Below, piece by piece: positions 29,984 through 38,888 of a stretch of DNA of 64,000 bases (position 1 is the stretch's first letter; each line of letters starts with the position of its first letter). The DNA lies in the NCBI GenBank assembly GCA_965222375.1, contig CBDCTZ010000016.1:288001-352000 (forward strand), written 5' to 3'. A program made the translations under genes and the position numbers. The DNA is from Polyangiaceae bacterium (GTDB taxonomy: Bacteria > Myxococcota_A > Polyangia > Polyangiales > Polyangiaceae). Under the pieces are notes generated by a model, which was given only the letters and a program-made list of their open reading frames with translations, was not told where the DNA came from and did not search any database.

Positions 29984-30325
29984 CTAGTCGATCCACAGGC
30001 AAACGCTTGGATGCTTCCACTTCTGCGGAGGGGGTTTGGGCTTCGGTTCAGGTGGCTCGAGGCATACTTGCGGCGACAGCTCTGGAGGTGGCTCGGCGTC
30101 GGCCTCGACCTGCCGAACCAGCGGCTCGCCATCGGGCTCATTGCCCCTCGCGCCTGAATCGAGATCCGGCACTTCTACGGTTGAGGTCGGCCGCGCCGTC
30201 GCGGGAACGTCGTTCTGTTTGGCGCAACCCTCGGCGGTGGCCACGGTGACGCCGGCACTCGCGAGTGCAGTCGCGATGAATCTCGCGCGTCGCATTAGGA
30301 TGGCATCGCGATCCGACTTGGCCAT
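29984..30325 (-). CDS. small Pro/acidic lipoprotein-like peptide with 2 PxxCL motifs (paralog 3)
   Basis: leader DRDAILMRRARFIATALASAGV…AEGC; cores PQVCLE, PSVCLW. Confidence 0.8.
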   Translation of the reverse strand: MAKSDRDAILMRRARFIATALASAGVTVATAEGCAKQNDVPATARPTSTVEVPDLDSGARGNEPDGEPLVRQVEADAEPPPELSPQVCLEPPEPKPKPPPQKWKHPSVCLWID

Positions 30326-30370
30326 GGATCCGCTGTGGCACGCGCCCTTCGCCGAGTAAAGCGGGCAAGT

Positions 30371-30494
30371 GCGCGGGGGCCTTGGGGACCCCTACGCCAC
30401 ACGTCGCTCAACCGCCCCGAGTTTGTGCGGCGCGGGCTTGGGACTCCTGCGCCACACGCCGCTCAACCGCCACAAGTGTGCGTGGCGCGGGCCC
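30371..30494. repeat. imperfect tandem duplication, period 55 bp
   Basis: CGCCACACGYCGCTCAACCGCC at 30395-30416 and 30450-30471. Confidence 0.75.
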
Positions 30495-30701
30495 TTACCC
30501 TTCAGTTTTGGTCCCGTCACCCTTCGGCACATTCTCGTGCTCGAAGGGGCAATGCCGGCACGCGGAGCCGCAACATTTGCCGCGGCGCCGATGGAAGTTC
30601 TCCGTGAATACCAGGTAGCCGGTTTGCGGATCTTGGTAGCTGTCCTGACTCTGCGCCAGGGCTCGCGCGTGGGCGTCTTTCCAGGGTGGGGGCGTATTCA
30701 T
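30495..30701 (-). CDS. small Cys-rich DUF5522-like protein
   Basis: YQDPQTGYLVFT…RGKCCGSACRHCPF signature. Confidence 0.85.
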   Translation of the reverse strand: MNTPPPWKDAHARALAQSQDSYQDPQTGYLVFTENFHRRRGKCCGSACRHCPFEHENVPKGDGTKTEG

Positions 30702-30783
30702 TTCGCGGCAGCGCTGACGGCGCGGCGGCGCCGGGATCAAATTGAGCACATTTCATTGGGCTTTGCCCTCCGCGTGGCAAGCT

Positions 30784-32016
30784 ATGCACGCTGTGACTCG
30801 TCGCGCCCGCACTGCTACCTATCGCCTAGCCCTCGTCGGGCTCGGGGCTGCGAGCTTATGCGGCTGTCGCGACAAGACCACCGAGCCCGCGCCGCCAGCC
30901 TCGGCAAGCATAAAGCCCTCGGCGCCCGCGGCGAGCATTTCGCCCGGAGCGACGGAAAGCCAAGACGCGGCCACCTCCGCCGACGCCAAGGCCGCGCCTG
31001 CGCCCAAGAAGGCCGACGAGATCGTCATCCTCGCTGGCGGAGACGTGAATTTCGGGCGCGGTGCCGGTCAGAAGATCCTGAAGAACCCCGAGTACAACCC
31101 GTTTTCGGAGGTCACACCGCTGCTGGCGAAGGCGGACTACCGCTTCGTCAATCTGGAGTCGCAGCTGAGCGACCAAGGTGGCGAAACCCAGTCCAAGAAC
31201 AACCACTTGGTGTTCACCGGGCCCCCGGGTGGCGCGGCTGTCCTTAAGCGTGCGGGGATCGATCTGGTTTCCCTCGCGAACAATCACGCCTGGGACTACG
31301 GCAAGGATGCGCTCTTCGAGACTTTCAAACACCTCGACGGCGCCGGCGTGGCCCACGTGGGAGCGCGACAAGAGGCCACAACCCAGTACAAGCCCCTCGT
31401 GGTCGACATCAAGGGTTGGCAAGTGGCGTGGTTCGCCGTGACGCACATCTGGAACCAAGGCCACATCAACAAACACGAGGGCAGGCACTACGTGGCCTGG
31501 GCCAGCTTCGACCTCTTGGGCAAGCAGCTCAAGAAGGCCGTCAAGAAGTACGACCTGGTGCTGGTCAGTTATCACGGCGGTGGCGAGTACATCGACGTGC
31601 CAATGCAATGGACGCGCGAGTTCTATCGCGCCGTGATGTCGACGGGCGTGCACGCCATCTTCGGCCACCACCCGCATGTGCCCCACGGCATTGGCTGGGT
31701 GGGCAATCGCCCCGCCTTCTACAGTCTCGGGAACTTGGTGTTCGCCATGCACAGCGATTACCCTTGGACGGGAACCAGCTTTTTTGCCCGCGTCACGTTC
31801 AACGTCGACGGCGATATCCAGGTAGAAGCGTGCCCGTATCACATCCTTGGACACATCCCGATGCTCTTCGAAGGCAAGGCGAAGCCGGCGCGAGAGCGCA
31901 CCTTTCGCAACCACTTGAAGGTGTTGTCAATGTCCACGGGCGGCTCCGTCATCGGCGAGCCGGGTGAGTTTTCATGCGTGCCGGTTACGTCCAAACGTCG
32001 CGCTGCTTCCAACTGA
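30784..32016 (+). CDS. CapA family metallophosphoesterase-fold lipoprotein
   Basis: GGDV, VNLES, LANNHAWDYG, YHGGGE, GHHPHVP, YSLGN. Confidence 0.92.
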   Translation: MHAVTRRARTATYRLALVGLGAASLCGCRDKTTEPAPPASASIKPSAPAASISPGATESQDAATSADAKAAPAPKKADEIVILAGGDVNFGRGAGQKILKNPEYNPFSEVTPLLAKADYRFVNLESQLSDQGGETQSKNNHLVFTGPPGGAAVLKRAGIDLVSLANNHAWDYGKDALFETFKHLDGAGVAHVGARQEATTQYKPLVVDIKGWQVAWFAVTHIWNQGHINKHEGRHYVAWASFDLLGKQLKKAVKKYDLVLVSYHGGGEYIDVPMQWTREFYRAVMSTGVHAIFGHHPHVPHGIGWVGNRPAFYSLGNLVFAMHSDYPWTGTSFFARVTFNVDGDIQVEACPYHILGHIPMLFEGKAKPARERTFRNHLKVLSMSTGGSVIGEPGEFSCVPVTSKRRAASN

Positions 32017-32987
32017 GCTTCGCGTTGGCTCTCGTGCTTGGGGCGGCGGACTGCAAGCCGCGCCCCGACGGTGACGGTGGCGGCGCCCAAGCCAGCGCGA
32101 ATGCACCGGCGCGCAGCTCTTCAGCGCCCAGCGCGTCAGCAAGCGCGCCCAGCGCGACCTGCGACCCGCCCTGCAACGGCATCGAGAAGTGCGCTTCCGG
32201 AAAGTGCGCGCCCGCCTGTCCGGAAAACGAAGTGTACATCCCCGCCACGGGTCCCAAGGGCTTCGCCATGGGTCGCGGCAAACCTGGCGAAGATGACCAG
32301 ACCCACACGGTCATTTTGACCAAGCCGTTTTGCATGGATGCGACCGAGGTCACCGTGAAGGCGTACCGCGAGTGCGTAAAGGACGGCACCTGCACCGAAC
32401 CGCAGCTGCGCGATCAGAACAGCAACTATCGCAAGAAGTACCAGCGCCACACCCATCCGCTGAATATGGTCAACTGGAAGCAGTCGACGGAGTACTGCGC
32501 GTTCCGAGGCCAAGCACTGCCCACTGAAGCTCAATGGGAATGGGCCGCGGGTCACGGCGACGGGCGCAAGTACCCCTGGGGCAACGAGCCCGAGCCCACC
32601 TGTGAAAACGGCTTGGCGGACTTCACCCCCGGCGGCTCACCCCAAACGGATCCGGCGGGTAACGTCGGTTGCCACGGTGGTGGCACGAGCAAAGTCACGG
32701 CGCACCCCAAGGGCAAGAGCAGCTGGCCCGATGGTGATCTGTACGACATGGCCGGCAACGTCTGGGAATGGACCGCCGACTGCTACCTGCCGTATCCGAG
32801 GGGCACGGTGACGGATCCAAACCCCAAGTCACACCCGAACCTGGACGGCGATTGCTACGTGCGCGCCCTGCGAGGTGGCGGATGGAATCGAAGCACCTAC
32901 GCGCTGCGCGTCTTTCAGCGTGCGGGCTCCAAGCGCACCTACCGGGTCCCGGGCCTCGGTTTTCGCTGCGTTCGCAATCCAAAGTGA
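31974..32987 (+). CDS. SUMF1/FGE-sulfatase domain protein
   Basis: MDATEVT, LPTEAQWEWAA, YPWG, DMAGNVWEW, RGGGW, GFRC. Confidence 0.92.
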   Translation: MRAGYVQTSRCFQLSFALALVLGAADCKPRPDGDGGGAQASANAPARSSSAPSASASAPSATCDPPCNGIEKCASGKCAPACPENEVYIPATGPKGFAMGRGKPGEDDQTHTVILTKPFCMDATEVTVKAYRECVKDGTCTEPQLRDQNSNYRKKYQRHTHPLNMVNWKQSTEYCAFRGQALPTEAQWEWAAGHGDGRKYPWGNEPEPTCENGLADFTPGGSPQTDPAGNVGCHGGGTSKVTAHPKGKSSWPDGDLYDMAGNVWEWTADCYLPYPRGTVTDPNPKSHPNLDGDCYVRALRGGGWNRSTYALRVFQRAGSKRTYRVPGLGFRCVRNPK

Positions 32988-33014
32988 CGCACCCCTCGCA
33001 ATCCAAAGTGACGC
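32972..33014 (+). repeat. perfect 19-bp direct repeat spanning a stop codon
   Basis: TCGCAATCCAAAGTGACGC at 32972-32990 and 32996-33014. Confidence 0.9.
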
Positions 33015-33066
33015 TCCGCCGACACTAGTGACGCCTGGGCCGCTGACTCGATAGAGTCCCCGCGCG

Positions 33067-35547
33067 ATGTCCGCCCAGCCTGTACCCGAGCCACGCCGTC
33101 TGCGGCTCTTGGCCGCGCTGGCTCTGCTCATCGCCACGATCGTTGGACTGGTGCTCGCGTTGACGCTCGTCGTATTGCCGGACTCTGCGCCCGCAGACAC
33201 GGCGCCCGCGTCCCCCGCGTCCCCCGCGACCAAGCCCCTCACCAAGCGCCTGCTCTTCGTCGTGGTTGATGGCTTGCGCTTCGACGTCGCAACCGACGAC
33301 GAGCGCATGCCTAACTTTGCCCGTGCCATGCGAGAGCACGCCCATGCCGAAGTGTGGGCGGGGCAGGTCACCATGACCACCAGCGCCATCTTGAGCTACG
33401 GCACCGGGCGCCCAGGACGCTTCGAACAGATCTTGCGCAACCTCGACCCGGGACCACCGCCTCACAACAACTGGCTCGACAACGCCAACAAGAGCGGGCT
33501 GACGTTGATGTCCGTGGGTGACCGAGCCTGGATCCAGATGTACGGAGCGCACCTGACGGAGCATCGCGAGGATCCCAAGGGCGCGAGCATTGACGTCGAC
33601 TTCAACCACCTGACCTTCCGCGACACCCGCGACTTGCTGCGAAAAACGCCCGACTTCATGGTGGCGCATTTCGTCACGCCTGATCATCAGGGCCACGCCT
33701 ACGGCATCTTGAGTAGACGCTACGCGGATCATATACGCGGGTACGACGCCAAGCTGTTCGAACTGCTCGAAGAGCTGCCCGACGACATGACGGTGGTGGT
33801 GACCAGTGATCATGGCGCGGTGGACAGTGGAACTCACGGTTCCGATACACCCGTGCAGCGGCGCTGCCCGGCTTTCGCGTACGGGCCGGGCATCGTAAAG
33901 GGCGCTGCGCCGGAGAAACCCGCGCCCCAGACTGACCTCGCCTCCACCTTGGCCGTCCTGATGGGCGTCGCGACCCCGGCACATGGTCAGGGCGTGCCTA
34001 TCGTCGAGTGGCTCGACGTGTCCGCGGAGATGCGCGCCGAAATGACGTGCGCAGAGGCCCGCCGTACCTTCGAGCTCGCCAACAAACACACCGCCTCGAG
34101 CGACCTGGCCGCTGCGCGAAAGCTGCTCACCACCTGCAACAGCAAGGCACCGCCCACGGAACGCATCTTCGCCGGACGCGGTGTTAGCCGTCAGGTCGCG
34201 GACGCCATCGCGGTTTCCACTGGGATCGCGTCTCCCAAAGCGTGGCTCGTGGGAAGCATCGCGGTGCTGCTGCTCGCCCTGTGCGTACTTCTCGTGATCG
34301 GTCGCCCCGCCCTGGCGCCACTGCCTTTAGCGCTCGTGCTCGCAGCTCTGGGCACCTGGGCCGTGTTCGATGTCGAGCGCTTGCCCGGGTTGTGGCCCGG
34401 ACGCGTGCGCGGCGTGATGTTCATCGTGCTGATCGGTCCCGCGCTGGCGCTCGTGTTCATGCCCGGCAGGCTGGCCGAGTTGGCGAAAGATCGCCCGCTA
34501 TGGATCGCGGCGTATCTGCCCGGCCTGTTGGCGGTGGGTTACCCCTCCAATGTGCAACCCTTGGCTTGGGTGGCGGTCTTCGTGCTGGGCGCGCTCTTGG
34601 TGCGCTTGCCGCAGCTCGCGCCTTCCGGACCGGGTTTGCTGCGCGGCTCGGGCGCCTTGGTGTCAATCGTTCTGCTGCTCGCCTTCTTCTTGGTGCTGCT
34701 GCGTGTGGGGACCAAGGCGTCCGGCATGATGCCGTCTTGGTACGCCGGAAACGCCGTCTACGTGTGGTCCGGCGTCATCGCGGCCGTCGCCATCTGGATG
34801 ACCCTGCGCACCACTCGCCACTTGGGCGAGTCTCTCCCCTACAGGCAAGCGCTTGGCGGCGCGGTGTTGCTCCTCACATGCTTCGTCCTGCGCAGCTATT
34901 TGCCGGCATGGTTCGCACGAGGCACCATCGTCGCGCTGTTCGCCGCTGGCTTGTACAACCTGCGCGCCGGGCGCCGGAGCTGGGCGTTGACCTTGGGCAT
35001 GTGCAGCTACGCCCTACTGGCGCGCCTGTGGGAAGTGCCCTGGGTGCTGTCCACCGTGGCTGCTGCTGGCGTCGTCGGTGCAGCCCTCACCAAGCAGCCT
35101 TCCTTGGCACCAAGCGCCTTTCGGCACATCGTGCTGCTCACTTTTCTATTCTGTCTCACGCTCGTGCAGCGGCTCGCCATTCAGGGCACGCAAGACTTCG
35201 GCGGTATGGACCTTGGCGCTGGCGGCTTCGGCGATGTGAATGTCCCGGCCCCCTTGGTCGGGGTATTCCTTGGCTACAAATACGCGTTGCCGTCAGCGCT
35301 CCTCCTGCTCGCAGCGCTTTCGCCCCTGCCCCGCGCGACCACCAGGCTCACCTTGCGCTGGTTGTTCGCACTGTTTCTACTGCGCACATCTGCGCTGCTC
35401 GGAATGCTCTTCATCGCTGGCGGCAGCTACTGGACAGGCTTTCGCGTGCTGGGCGAGCTACCCTTCATGCTGCTCTTCGCCGTCGTTTGCCTCGCCTGCC
35501 TGGCGGGGCTGGCTTTTTTGCGAAGCACCGCGCTCACGACGCGGTAG
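33067..35547 (+). CDS. alkaline-phosphatase-superfamily multi-pass membrane transferase (GPI ethanolamine-phosphate transferase-like)
   Basis: VVDGLRFD, TMT nucleophile, DHQGH, SDHG…HG, QTDLASTL followed by many TM helices. Confidence 0.8.
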   Translation: MSAQPVPEPRRLRLLAALALLIATIVGLVLALTLVVLPDSAPADTAPASPASPATKPLTKRLLFVVVDGLRFDVATDDERMPNFARAMREHAHAEVWAGQVTMTTSAILSYGTGRPGRFEQILRNLDPGPPPHNNWLDNANKSGLTLMSVGDRAWIQMYGAHLTEHREDPKGASIDVDFNHLTFRDTRDLLRKTPDFMVAHFVTPDHQGHAYGILSRRYADHIRGYDAKLFELLEELPDDMTVVVTSDHGAVDSGTHGSDTPVQRRCPAFAYGPGIVKGAAPEKPAPQTDLASTLAVLMGVATPAHGQGVPIVEWLDVSAEMRAEMTCAEARRTFELANKHTASSDLAAARKLLTTCNSKAPPTERIFAGRGVSRQVADAIAVSTGIASPKAWLVGSIAVLLLALCVLLVIGRPALAPLPLALVLAALGTWAVFDVERLPGLWPGRVRGVMFIVLIGPALALVFMPGRLAELAKDRPLWIAAYLPGLLAVGYPSNVQPLAWVAVFVLGALLVRLPQLAPSGPGLLRGSGALVSIVLLLAFFLVLLRVGTKASGMMPSWYAGNAVYVWSGVIAAVAIWMTLRTTRHLGESLPYRQALGGAVLLLTCFVLRSYLPAWFARGTIVALFAAGLYNLRAGRRSWALTLGMCSYALLARLWEVPWVLSTVAAAGVVGAALTKQPSLAPSAFRHIVLLTFLFCLTLVQRLAIQGTQDFGGMDLGAGGFGDVNVPAPLVGVFLGYKYALPSALLLLAALSPLPRATTRLTLRWLFALFLLRTSALLGMLFIAGGSYWTGFRVLGELPFMLLFAVVCLACLAGLAFLRSTALTTR

Positions 35548-35664
35548 ACCGCTAGTCTGAATCTGGCATGCGCTCAGCGAACGGTGATGGGCAGCGCGCC
35601 CATCAGCCCCGCCACTTTGACATCGAGGGGGTCCTAGCCACTCGTCGTCGCCGAACTCGCTCGA

Positions 35665-36228
35665 CTATTCCTGAGACGAAACGTCTTCGGTGTCTTCTTC
35701 GGCGTCATCCTCGAGTTGGTCCAAGATCTCTTCCGCCCGCTCCGGGCGGATCCCGAACCAATCCGCGACCTGATTGATCAGGGCGTTCTCTTCTTCGGCG
35801 ATGTTGTCGTCGGCCAGAGCCACCGCCGCGGCGAGAGCAAACGCACCCTCGGCCTCGCTGGGTTCGTCGCTGATCTCCTCGGCAATCTCATGCAGCCGCT
35901 GATCGCGCCCCTGCTCCTTCGCGCGCTTGGCGTAGTTTTCCACCATCACGTTGATGGTGCCGCTGCGCAGAATGTTGTCCGAAAGCCCGCGAATCGCCCC
36001 GCGCACCGCAACGCGCTCGACCTCGCTGATCTCGCCGTCGGCGCTCATCATCAAGTACATGGTCTCGCCCAAGGGGTCGACGCGATTGAGCGCCGCCATC
36101 TCCTCGGTGCTGAGCAGGCCCTCGCGGGTCAAGGTCTCGTAGGCCGGGGACAGCACCACACTCGGACGCCGCCCACTTTGCAGTAGGGCGTCACGCAAGC
36201 GAAAGATGGTCTTCGTCTTGAGCTGCAT
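35665..36228 (-). CDS. TerB-family protein
   Basis: MSADGEISEVE and ALADDNIAEEE twin ADG/ADD motifs. Confidence 0.85.
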   Translation of the reverse strand: MQLKTKTIFRLRDALLQSGRRPSVVLSPAYETLTREGLLSTEEMAALNRVDPLGETMYLMMSADGEISEVERVAVRGAIRGLSDNILRSGTINVMVENYAKRAKEQGRDQRLHEIAEEISDEPSEAEGAFALAAAVALADDNIAEEENALINQVADWFGIRPERAEEILDQLEDDAEEDTEDVSSQE

Positions 36229-36238
36229 ACAACGAAAG

Positions 36239-37420
36239 CTACACGGCTTTGGTCCGTGGATCTACGGGCGCATACACCAGCGTGCCCGCGCCCAGGCGCA
36301 CCTTGTGGCCGCGCCACAGCACGTGGCGCTTCAGGGGCGCTCGCAGCCAGACCCAGAGCATGCACAGCTCACGCAGCGGCGCGAGCAGCAGCGGAACCCA
36401 CGCGCGCGAAAAGCCGCGCAAGGCGACCCAGCCACCTACATCTCTCAGCATCCACAGCACGAACAGCCACGTGATAGCCGCGGGTCCCATCAGCATCCAG
36501 GCGAAGGGCAACATGGCCAGCGGGCTGGTCACGATTTCCGCGATCTGAGCCGCGGGACGCAGCCGCGCGCGCAGCATGCCCCAGCGCAGTTGGCGACGCA
36601 GGAAGGTCCGCACCGTGGTGCCCTGGGTCACGTTCTCCAGCACCGTCGGCGCGATACGCACGCGCAGCTTGGCGTGTTGGAACATCTTGCCCATCACGAA
36701 GTCCTCGGCCAGCACGTTCTTCACCCGCTCGAAACCGCCCAACTTCGTGAAGGCGCTGTGGGAAAACAGCATCGACTTGCCCACGACCAGGGCGTCCCCG
36801 AGCAGAGTCGGTAGCGAGGCGCCGGCGGCACAAAAGCCATTGAGCTGGGAGTTTTCCAAGGCTGAGCCCAGGCCGTCTTCCCCGGAACCCGCGAACAAGC
36901 TGGTGACCAAACCCGTGCGAGGCTTCTCGTAAAAGGTCGCGACCATTTCCGCGACGTAGCCGCTGGGCGCCCGCACGTTGCTGTCGCTGATCATGACCAG
37001 ATCGTGAGTCGCGAAGGGCAGCATGCCGAGCAAGTTGCTGACCTTTGGGTTTACGCAATCCGCGCCGGCGTGCACCACCAGAGTCGCTTTCACGTCCGGG
37101 TGGCGATCGATGGCGGCCCGCACGACTTCGATCGCCGGGTCGTCGTCGCGCTCCACCCCGAAGACGAGCTCGAAGTCGTCGTACTCCTGGGTGAAGAAGG
37201 TCTCGAGGTTCTCGGCTAGCGCCGGGTCCGCGCCGCACAAGGGCTTGAGCACACTCACGCCGGGCGGGCTTTCCGGCAATAGGCTCGGGCGCTTGCCCCC
37301 GGCTTCCGGGGCTGCCTTGAGCCGCGCGCGCCGCGAGTCCGCCGTGACCCGCAACACCGCAATGATGCCCAGGATGATCCAACTCGTGCATAGGCCAACT
37401 AGGACGAATGCAAATGCCAT
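36239..37420 (-). CDS. ceramide glucosyltransferase / HpnI-like glycosyltransferase
   Basis: SVLKPLCG, NPKVSNL, ISDSNV, LAEDF, RQLRW; TGATG overlap with upstream GtrA gene. Confidence 0.9.
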   Translation of the reverse strand: MAFAFVLVGLCTSWIILGIIAVLRVTADSRRARLKAAPEAGGKRPSLLPESPPGVSVLKPLCGADPALAENLETFFTQEYDDFELVFGVERDDDPAIEVVRAAIDRHPDVKATLVVHAGADCVNPKVSNLLGMLPFATHDLVMISDSNVRAPSGYVAEMVATFYEKPRTGLVTSLFAGSGEDGLGSALENSQLNGFCAAGASLPTLLGDALVVGKSMLFSHSAFTKLGGFERVKNVLAEDFVMGKMFQHAKLRVRIAPTVLENVTQGTTVRTFLRRQLRWGMLRARLRPAAQIAEIVTSPLAMLPFAWMLMGPAAITWLFVLWMLRDVGGWVALRGFSRAWVPLLLAPLRELCMLWVWLRAPLKRHVLWRGHKVRLGAGTLVYAPVDPRTKAV

Positions 37421-37857
37421 CACGCTTCCTCCAGCTCGGGTTTGAAAATGCGCGACCACAGCGGCAAACAAACGCCGAAGTACACCAACGAGGTGGTGAC
37501 GAGTCGCACGGGCAGATAAGGCAAGCTCGTATTGGCGACGATCAGATCGAAGAGAAGAATGTTGGCTCCGAAGCCGATGGCTTCCACGCTCATGAACTGC
37601 ACCCCCTGACGCAGCCACGCTTTGGACTTGTCCCCGAAGGCGAACAACTTGTTGCCCACGAATTGGATCCCGATGCCGAAGCACAGCGCCGGAACGCTTG
37701 CGACCCGCACGTCGACGCCAAGCCCAGACACCAGCAGTGCCAACGCCGCGAGGTCGGCCCCCGTGGCCAGCAGCCCCACCGCGCTACTGCGAAGCACAAT
37801 CCAGAGACCCGCCAGGAAACTTGGATTCACCATCGCCTCCTCAAGAGCGAGCTCCAT
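37420..37857 (-). CDS. GtrA-family membrane protein
   Basis: 4 TM segments, QFVGNKLFAF, PLWSRIF. Confidence 0.85.
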   Translation of the reverse strand: MELALEEAMVNPSFLAGLWIVLRSSAVGLLATGADLAALALLVSGLGVDVRVASVPALCFGIGIQFVGNKLFAFGDKSKAWLRQGVQFMSVEAIGFGANILLFDLIVANTSLPYLPVRLVTTSLVYFGVCLPLWSRIFKPELEEA

Positions 37858-37951
37858 GCCAAGATCAAAGATCAATAAATCCAGGTATTTACGCTCCAGG
37901 CGCGAAGCGAAAACCGCGTAGCCCACCTCCCAATTGGTTAAACCAGTTCGC

Positions 37952-38081
37952 GGCTAGCTCCCACCCGGGTTGATTCAGCCCGCTCCCCCACCCGGGTTGC
38001 GTTCTCCGCAGCTAGCTCCCACCCGGGTTGGTTCAGCCCGCTCCCCCACCCCCCGCTCCCCCACCCGGGTTGCGTTCTCCG
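37952..38081. repeat. tandem array with four CCACCCGGGTTG units (higher-order period about 59 bp)
   Basis: palindrome ACCCGGGT at 37963, 37990, 38021 and 38063. Confidence 0.85.
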
Positions 38082-38130
38082 GGGGCCGCGAAGGTTTTAG
38101 AATCTAGGTTCCAAAACGTTTTGAATTTGG

Positions 38131-38168
38131 GGTCGGGTCGCTGGTGCACCTTAGGCCACTACTCTCGA
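38131..38168 (-). repeat. dispersed 38-bp bipartite intergenic motif, copy 2
   Basis: minus strand TCGAGAGTAGTGGCCTA-AGGTGC-ACCAGCGACCCGACC. Confidence 0.8.
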
Positions 38169-38219
38169 GCTAGGCCCCGCGTGACGTTTCGCAGAGCCGA
38201 CCGAACCCACACGTCGCGA

Positions 38220-38510
38220 CTTTGGGCCGTAGTCGGACTCGTGCAGGTCGTTGAAGGGGCTTCTTCGTCCACATGTGCATGCGGCGCTGAGTCTTCTGGG
38301 CGTCTCGCTCCAGGTTGACGAGCTGCCTCAGGTGCCGCGCCCACACTTCTGGCGGAGTCTGCGGAATCATCCCGAAGAGGTTGTCGTCGATGGCTTCTTC
38401 TTCTGCCTGGTAGTTTTCCGCCCAGTCGGTTCCCTTTTTGACGATGTCGTCATCCTTGACGTCAGCCAGCGCGGTCACTAAGGCGTCCGGCAGCTCGAAG
38501 ATAGTAACCT
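38220..38510 (-). pseudogene. 5'-truncated, frameshifted paralog of 41435..42073
   Basis: VKDDDIVKKGTDWAENYQAEE…LFGMIPQT.PEVWARHLRQLV shared; homology ends near 38510; frame slips near 38255. Confidence 0.85.
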
Positions 38511-38888
38511 AACCCAGGATCGGACAATTGGGTCGGCACCACCGGATAGTCAATTGTTCGCGTGTTCTCCAATGTCGGTTGGTGTCCATCCGTGTCCCAC
38601 AGGAACCGTCGGTTTGTTTGAGGGGCAGTTTGCCGCGCGTGCAGCAAAACCGCGCAGCAAGAACTTCTTGCTCGACGCTCGGCTCGCGGACGCGATGCTG
38701 AGCCTGGCACTGCACGGGATGGCGTGGCGGGCGGCACTGGAGCTACGGGATGGGGTGGCGTCGTGAAATGCGCCGTGGACATCGCCGCCCCGCAGGCGAG
38801 AATGACCGTCACAAACAAGGAGTGCAAAGTCGCAATCTGAAGCTGTTCGTGCAACACACCGAACGCAACAAGAACAATTCCTTCGTCG

